Shown piece by piece: positions 55,460 through 64,000 of a stretch of 64,000 nucleotides of DNA. The DNA comes from Eledone cirrhosa (Eukaryota). The DNA is taken from contig OZ024742.1 in the NCBI GenBank assembly GCA_964016885.1, positions 178,064,001 through 178,128,000 of the forward strand, given 5' to 3'. Under the pieces are notes generated by a model, which worked only from the letters and a program-made list of their open reading frames with translations, was not told where the DNA came from and did not search any database. The number at the start of each line of letters is the position of its first letter. The first letter of the stretch is position 1. Position numbers and translations under genes: made by a program.

Positions 55460-56557
55460 GGAAGAAATAGGTTGTGTTCAGACATAAAGAGAAATGAGCT
55501 CCTCCAGTTTTGTCCCTACAAGTTGCCCCTTTTGCAAGTTAAAGAACAGAATTTTATCGAAGCAACGAACAACATTGTGTGTGATGGACCTCCGTTGGTT
55601 AAGATGATGACTGTTTCAGTTGTTTGGTCAATGAAACAACGTGAACATGAGCAGTTGAAAACTGTTTGGAAGCTCGTCGGATAGACGGTACATGGAGTTC
55701 AAATTGCCAGCTTTCTAACAAACTCTCAAGCTGAATCGGCTCGAGAATGACATTGAGGGTACACTTCTCCGTCGAATACACAGTCATTCACGCGTTAATT
55801 TCATGATCAGGCTAGTCCATTGATTGAACAACTGGAACGCTCATCTTTGAAACCGATGGACGTCCATTATCATTAACAATGTTTTTGCAGATCTCTCTCT
55901 ATATATATATACGGTGGTGTAGCTATTGTTTTTCTTCTTCTTCTTCTCCTTCTCCTCGTCCTCCTCATCCTTCTTCTTCTTCTTTTGCTTTTGCTTTTAT
56001 TTAGTCCTTGGTCAGTCCTGATCGAGCCGACTCTCATGTTCAAAGACATGCCTGTCATTACCACCCACTCGGTGTTTTTTTAGATCAAATATATCTATCA
56101 TTCTATCATTACATTCTTTAATATTTTTTTTTGTTTTTTTTTATTCAGTGATTTGAGTAAGATTTTGTAGTCATTTATCATAAATTATGTGACTTTCTAG
56201 AAATTGTTGGCATGAAATCCTTATACCTAATTCTCCATTAATCGACTTTATCAGAACTTAGAACTTAAAAAACCGGGATAAACACCACAGTGAATTTCGC
56301 CCTGCGCTCTGTCACCCTGCGCTCCTTCTCCATAAATATCCCCTATGCACACATTGACTTGCAGATGTTCGTGTTTGGCAATTAGCATTATCAATCTCAC
56401 CTATCTCTCTGGAAGGTGGAGAATAGGTCTCAATATCAGTCTCTTCTTTCATCACTCGTTTAAATATATGATACAGTGCTTATTTTAGGGTGCAGTTGAA
56501 CCCTGCTTGTAAAGTTCTAAATCAGATTTTGTGTAGTTCTAAGCCTAATGTTTTGCA

Positions 56558-56925
56558 ATAAGTTTATATTTCTTTCAAATACTACATGTGCTTTCATAGT
56601 AAATAATAGTTGAAATACTTAAATCATTCATAGAATGTTACAAACAGCCATAACAATAGCTTCTCAGACTCAGAGAATATCAAATACCGGGTCATGACAC
56701 CTGCCTCAAAGATTTGTGCATTTCTAAATCTAATTTTCCACAGTAAGTTTATATTACGTGTCAAATACTACATGTGTTTACATGGTAAACAATGGTTAGG
56801 AGACTTAAAACACTCATACAATGTTAGCGACGGCCATTACAAATGCTTCTGAAACTCAGAGAATATAAAACACTGGGTCGTGATACCCGATTCAAAGATT
56901 TATGCAATTCTATCTAAATTCCTTA
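56558..56925. repeat. Old diverged tandem duplication (~186-bp period)
   Basis: AAGTTTATATT..CAAATACTACATGTG...ACTCAGAGAATAT...GGGTC.TGA...TCAAAGATTT.TGCA occurs twice. Confidence 0.8.
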
Positions 56926-57515
56926 AACTAAACCTTGATGTAAAATAAAAAGGAAAATCTGCTGTTTTTCTACTAAAGACGGTAGTCATATTTCTCATTT
57001 CAAGTATTTATTTTAGTGCCTCAGCAACACATGAAAACATGCGATAGGGCAATGAAGCTACGAAAGCAACTTCTAAGGATATCCTTTAAAATGGCTCTCT
57101 TATAGTCGAGCGGTATTTCTTCTCTGTTTGTTATGAACGAGAAGAGAATTTATATGTAAAACAAAACAACACAAAAGCAAAACCAACCAAACAATCTCTT
57201 GAAGTTGTTTATGTATTCTTGTCTTCCTAAGAACCGTGCTAATGAGATTTAGTCTGAAAAATCCTTGATGTTTTCTATAAAGCAAAATTAATTAACAACG
57301 AATGCTTCGTAAACTAACAGGCACATGCCTATTCGCAAGTACATACACACACATACACACATACACACACATATATGTTCACATGTATGTATGTATATAT
57401 GTCTGTGTGTATATATATACATATATTTATATTTACATATATATATATATATGTATATTATGTATGTATGTGTATATACATATATATATATATATATATA
57501 TACATACACACACAT

Positions 57516-57609
<94 letters not shown>

Positions 57610-59684
57610 CTGTTGAAAGAGGATGTAATATAGAACCACAGAAGTGTTTGTAAGAGATAAAAGGACAAGTACAAAGAAAGATTTGGCGGAAACTATTTGC
57701 AAAAACAGAATTAACATTTTTTTTCTTTTCTTTATCCTGAGTAAAATTGAAATTTGGTGAGAGCACGGTTCTTTAAGGTTCGCTAAACTATGGAAAGAAA
57801 ACGAAAGCCCATTGTATTTTAAATCTGTGTGTGCATGTGTGCCTATCTGTGTGTGCGTGCACGCGTGTATGTGCGTGTGCGCACGCGTGTGTGTGTGTGT
57901 ATGAATGCGTGTGTGTTTAAGTTCTATCTCATTTTTGGTGGGTGCAAATTAGGACCCATCGTTTGAAATTGTTTACATGGGCGTGTGTGTCAGTGTGCAT
58001 GTGAGTGTGGATGCGTGAGCATGTGTATCTGTGTGTGTGTGTGTGTGTGCTAATGTGACAGTGAGTGCGTGCGTGTTAGTGTATATATATATATATGCTA
58101 ATGTGTTTGTGTGTGCATAACATTGTGCGTATGCGTGTTTGTATTATTGTATGTATGTGTTAGTGATTGTGTATGTGTGATTGTGTGCATGTGTCTGTTT
58201 TATTAGGCAGAATGTGATGTCTTGTGATATATGCATGTGTTTGTATATGTGTATATGTATGTTTATGTGTGTATGTGTATGTGCGTGTGATATTAGGTTC
58301 TCTCCAATATGAGCCTCGCCATAGATTACAGTGTCAAGTAGTAATCCACTTCCCCAAAAATGGCTGAATAATCGCAAACATGCTTCAAAAAACATTTGTC
58401 CCGTTTCTTTCTCTTCTCCATCGTCTATATTTCTTTTTCTTCATTATTTTCTCAATCTACAGTGTGATGAAGGAGTAACGAGAGAAATATTAAGACTATT
58501 TTCCTATTATATCAAGGCGGCAAATACGATACCAGTCTTGTATTGGGGTTGACTCTTCCTCTATCTATCTTTTCTTACTTGTTCTCTTATAAAAACCGGC
58601 TACGCTAGGCTTAAATACGCAAGATGCTTCATATGTGAGGATGACCACTCTTATGAAACCAGAAAGCGTTCAGTATCCCAGAGATCTGACTTTCCCCCCA
58701 TTACATGTATTCTCTATCTCCTATATTATCCCTCTCTCTCATTACTCTCATTACAATGGACTTGCCTTTGAGACACACCCCACATATGTTGTTGGATCTT
58801 CATCGGTTCAAACAATGAGTGTCCCAGTTGTTCCAACGTCCGAACAGACAGCTTGTGAAATTAACGCGCAAGTTTATTAAGATATCTTCGATAAATTCGC
58901 AACGAATTGGCAAAATCGTTAGAACGTCGGATTGAATATTTCCGTCATTCGTTCGGGCTCACTATTCTCTGAGTTCAAATCCCATTGATGTAACTTTGCC
59001 AATCATACTTTTGATATCGATTTAAAAACTAACAGTCCAGTACAGGAATGATTATTCCTGTATTTTTCTTTTTCATTTTCGCTCTATCTCTTTCTTTCAT
59101 TCTCTGAAAGAAATCAGCTATATTCAGGCAAGGAGACCGGAGAAGAGATTGGCTCCACGAAGTTTAAAGTGACCATACGGCTCTATCTGACATCTTTAAC
59201 TGACATTCCAATAGAGAAATATCTCGGATAAACAGAAATTTACTTGGCTTTTGTAAAAATTGGTAAAATTCTTGATAAATATCCTGAACGATATCATTAG
59301 CTATTTACGTCAAACTTTCTGCAGTGTTGGCTTCTATGAGAACATTGTTGTGTTGTTTAACACGCAGACGCATAGATTAGTCGATAGCATTGTAAGAAGG
59401 CAAATGAAACTAGAGGATAATTATCTAATTAATTAGTTAATTAGCTGGAAATAGCTATTACTAGATTCATCAATTATACCTTATACAAAACGACAGTAAA
59501 AATGTGAGCAATTTATATGCATAATGTTACTCGGTATGCATGGTGGTATGTATACACCCACACACACACACACACATATATATATACAGGTGTATGTATA
59601 TATGTACGTGTTTATATATATATATACGCATATAAATGTGTGTGAACTTGTAAATATATATACATATATATAAATATATGTATG

Positions 59685-59747
<63 letters not shown>

Positions 59748-59790
59748 CAAGGCTCTGATACCATCAACACTATAAACACAGAGCTGACTA

Positions 59791-59846
59791 ACTGCCTGAT
59801 GAGGTCATAGCCATTCAATGGCTATCGTCGAAATATATATAGCAGT
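59791..59846 (+). ncRNA. Type I hammerhead ribozyme
   Basis: ACTGC-CTGATGA-GGTC ATAGCCA TTCAA TGGCTAT CGTC-GAAA-TATATA-TA-GCAGT, followed by AATAAA. The ~150-bp insert lies between (TA)n tracts. Confidence 0.88.
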
Positions 59847-60686
59847 AAATAAAGGATTATGAGTTCATGCAATTGACTTATCTTTCGTCACTATATATAT
59901 ATATAAATAGTAGGGCTAGTTACTACAACGGCAGCATACCAATACGTACGTTTCGTTAGTCCTGGGGATCAACTTGCTCCACCTGTACCGATGAAAATGA
60001 ACAGAATAACGTTTCTTCGAAAGAGAGGAGAGTTAAAACAAGGGCAGTTAATTCAGATGGACTATGGGAGATAATTTGACCTAAAAGAACGCGAATAAAC
60101 GTTAAAATAACTAATAGTTATTAATTATGAGTGGGCTAGATAAAATCAATAGGTTAATAAAGATATGAATCGATATTAAGGAGGCCATTTCTTCAAAAGG
60201 TACAAACAAACAATCTGATAAGAGAATATTCTTCCATTATTGCTTGTCTGAATGTATTAAGAGGGTCAATATTCTTTCTTAATTCCAGGAACTGCACTCT
60301 AGGAAAAGATTGGAGTGAAATTGTTTTGTATTAGTAGGTAACTATGTATAAATTATTCTATATTTATATAGAATAGCTATATTTTGATTGAGATGTTCTT
60401 CGGTAGTAATATTTGCTTCTCCTTGTGTCTTGGACATTTTAAAACCTTGCCAGGTCAGAGCACAGCTGACTTATTCCAGGGTAAGGAAGAAAGAATCGGT
60501 ATTTTCATTTGTCGACATCGAAAGGCTGAGAGGCAAAGTTGACTTCGGCGGGTTTTGAACTCAGAGCGAAGCGAGCTGGAACAAATACCAATACATTCTT
60601 AATCCGATTCTCTAACGACTACCAATTCGATGCCATAGCATGGTTTTAACTAATAACAAGATGATCGCTGTTCTCAGGTGTTATTA

Positions 60687-62530
60687 TTGGCCCGTCTTCA
60701 CAGGCTGGATCGCTGCCATGCACAGCGACATCTGCTCTGTGGTGAGAGTGAACGGTCACCTTTCGGAACCGTTCAACATCATGCGCTCGGTCCGCCAAGG
60801 ATGTCCCCTCTCGTCCCTCTTGTACGTATTGACTCTCGAGCCATTACTGCACAAACTGGAGACGTTGAGGGGCGTGCCGCGCGAACTAGGATGCGGAAGA
60901 TCAGTGTCAGCATATGCGGACGATGTCACCGTAGTGGTGTCGAACGCCAAACACATCGAGGCGATCGGCACTACACTAAGAGAATACGAAGCTGTGACAG
61001 GAGCAATAATCAACCAGGAAAAGTCAGTGGGCCTGCAGCTCGGCACCTGGAGAAGCAGGTCCATGCCGTCCAACAGCGTCGTCGGGCGCTGGACGGACGG
61101 ACCGGTTAAATTGCTAGGGGTCTGGTTCGGTCCGGACCTCCAGACAGACAAAAACTTGGACGAGGTGAGGAGCAGGGTGGCTTTTTTCACCCAGAAATGG
61201 GCAGAGAGGAAGCTATCCCTGAAAGGTCGAGCGGAGGTGGCTAACGCGTACATCACGTCCGTCATCTACTACCGCCTGACCGTCGTACCTTGTCCTAAGC
61301 CCCGCCTGACTGCGCTGGAGCGTTTGCTCTTTCGCTTTTTGTGGAAGGGACGCGCTCCGATGGTCAGGCGGTCCATCTGCTGTCAACACCCGCTACGTGG
61401 AGGGCTGGGCATACCGTGGCTGATGATGCGGAGACACGCGCTCAGGCTACGACATCTCCACCTCTTCCTCGACGGTGATCAGGTGTGGTCGCCGTTTGCT
61501 AGGCGCGTATTTCCCCAGCTCGTCTCCTTGACGGGGCTGCAGTCCTGGGTCAAGCGAAGACCGAGAGGGAGCGCTTGGAGACTGGAATGTCTTCAGGCGC
61601 TCACAGCCCTCGACTAATCGGGCAATGTGATCGGTGGAAACTCCACCTTGGCGTTCTATAGAGGATTAGTGGAGGGGAAGAGCGACGACGTACTTGGGGA
61701 AACCCTAGGCGTCGACGAAAATCAACTAGCCTATCTCTTCGGAAGAACTTTCGGGCCGGGGCCTATGGACAACTTCCAGAAATCCCTGGCCTGGCAGTGC
61801 TACCGGGGAGCTTTGCCAGTTCGGGATAAACTCTACAGGCATGGAGGTGCCGTCAGCCGGGCATATCCGAGATGCGCGCAGGGCGACGAAACCGTCCTGC
61901 ACGCACTCGTCCAGTGTCCGAGCATTGCTGACTTGTGGGTTTATGTCGAACACCTGCTGTCGCGTGTAGGACGGATCCAGCTATCAGCTGAGTCCATCGT
62001 GAGGATTGCCCCGCCCTCTTCCTTTAGCCGGGAAGGGCAGGCAGTTTTTATCTGTCTGGTGGCCATGGCGAAAGAGATAGTATGGTGGACACGTTTGAAA
62101 GGGCTGAAGACGAGCACTTACCTCTTCGGTGATGCCCTGATTAACTTTTTCAAATTTCATTTGAAAAGGAAAATCAGGGTAGAGAGGGAAGTGCTCTCTT
62201 CCCAGCATTTTGTTGAAAGATGGGTGAGAGAGGCAAGAATGGCCCGAGTGAATGGGCCTACTCTGAGTATGTGTCTGTAAATTAAAAGTGGAAAACTGGG
62301 AGAGGGCACTTGCCCTGGTGGTCAGGGTCACTGTGGATTTTTAATGGGCTTTCTCCACGAACGTCCCTCGGAAGTCTCCCCCCTATTGGGGAATTTTTTC
62401 ATTGTTCTATTATTACATTCTCTGTTTTTTGTTTTTTTACACGCAGAAATGCCCTTTTGTACCATCCTGTATTGTCCTGTACTGTCCTTAATGTCTACTT
62501 TGTGTAAACCCCTGTGGTTAATAAAGAAAG

Positions 62531-62569
<39 letters not shown>

Positions 62570-62570
62570 C
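60687..62570 (+). mobile_element. 5'-truncated Tx1-like LINE, diverged subfamily, with (ATT)n tail
   Basis: RQGCPLS and SAYADD, in-frame stop at 61615-61617, C-terminal domain to 62280, 3'UTR ending AATAAAGAAAGC-(ATT)n. Confidence 0.93.
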
Positions 62571-63609
62571 ACTATCATTCCTTATTTATCATTAAATCAA
62601 TATCCAAATTTTCTAAATACTATTTAATTTTTAAATCAATATCATTGTTTTTATGTGTTTTGAGGGGAAAAAATAATGAATGTCGTTAGAAAACTAACAC
62701 AGTAAATAAAACCAATGTGTACATATTAGGTGCGTCTGCTTGTGTGTGTGTGTATGTAAGCATGTATATGCTTTTTTGTAAGCCTATCTTTGATATGTCT
62801 GTGTATGTCTATATTTAGATGAATGTGTAATATGTTTGCGTATATATATATATATATAGGGTTCTGCGTTTAGAAGCGTATGTGCGTATGTGTAAGTCTA
62901 TATGCATGTTTCTGTGCCTATTTATGTGTATGTGTTTGCATGTAGAAGTAGGTGAGTGAGTGTATACGTGCGTGAGTGTGTATACGTCTGAGTGTGTTCC
63001 AAAATGAAATTTCAGGGTATGAGGAGGAGAATTAATTGGAACAAACAGGTAAAAATTTAGCTTGTTTATCCTAATTATCTTTACGTAATTTTCGTCTATG
63101 TTGCCAAAAGTCCATATATTAAAAACAACGCCAATTAACAGTTTCTGATTAATTAATGACTAGTTACTTTATAATTAGTGGATAATTATAATTTCCTTGT
63201 GGTTAGTAAGCCGTCGTTTATTGCTTCTTTTTTATAACTTGTTTGCTTTAATGAACAATTTTAGTCTCATAGGTTTGCTTGGTATGGTGGTCCATAGGGT
63301 GTGTTTTGAAAATATCCAATGCAATAGATTTCCCCTGAGGAAGGTGAAAACTATATACAGATATACTGGAGTGTAGTAAGATAGTTTTTGATGTTTGCAA
63401 ATATAATTAGGGCCAATTATCGTACGTGATGTCGTGTCATTAAACAGGTTAACTACCTCTAGGACAGAAATTTACTGTTGATCCTCTAAATTATATCCAG
63501 GTATTTTAGAATGCAGAGAATGTGGGGTGGGGGAATATGTGGGGAGATGGAGCAGACATTAAGTTTGTACATTAGCATTCGGTGTGTTTATTCCGGTGTT
63601 TGTGTATAC

Positions 63610-63693
<84 letters not shown>

Positions 63694-63709
63694 AATTAGA
63701 AATAGAAGC

Positions 63710-64000
63710 CAGGACTATCCATCATCAGTGGTCTACTAGCCATATTACAGACCATATACCTCCGGCTAGGGCAATACAATAACTAAATTAAGAGTTGGGT
63801 GGAGAAACATGAATGGTGAGGCTGCGCAAGGAGAGGAAAAAATGAGAAAATCAAGTCAATGATTCATTTTGAACATAAGAACTTGCGAATATTGACGAGA
63901 AGGCAAAAGACACATCTTGGCCGTGCGAATGTGAGCGAGGAAAGAATTTCGTACGGTGTGGGACGATGGAGGAAGTGAGAGAGAGGGTGAGTAGCAGAGA
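63710..64000 (-). mobile_element. Diverged member of the 9960-10668 family (runs off the window)
   Basis: Minus strand CCGGAGGTATATGGTCT...AGACCACTGATGA is shared with 9978-10039. Confidence 0.7.

Overview
AT-rich, microsatellite-dense eukaryotic (metazoan) DNA with no host protein-coding exon that I can support. The SINE families and repeat landscape resemble an octopus/cephalopod genome (inference). Standard content: one near-full-length L1/Tx1-clade LINE (minus strand, ~18.55-24.36 kb; ORF1 with a zinc knuckle, ORF2 APE-RT broken by one frameshift), three truncated relatives, RTE-like fragments, two Penelope GIY-YIG endonuclease remnants, many tRNA-derived SINEs, MITEs and satellites. The main unexplained structure is a dispersed set of non-coding elements carrying type I hammerhead ribozyme motifs (stem I - CTGANGA - stem II - GAAA - short, often palindromic stem III - TH - stem I). 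They occur as tandem units (466 nt and 310 nt, retrozyme-like), as perfect or near-perfect fold-back palindromes up to ~700 bp with a ribozyme on each strand, and as single copies, mostly next to (TA)n tracts. Together they look like a Penelope-mobilised ribozyme/retrozyme system. All folds were checked by eye only, and many repeat boundaries are approximate.
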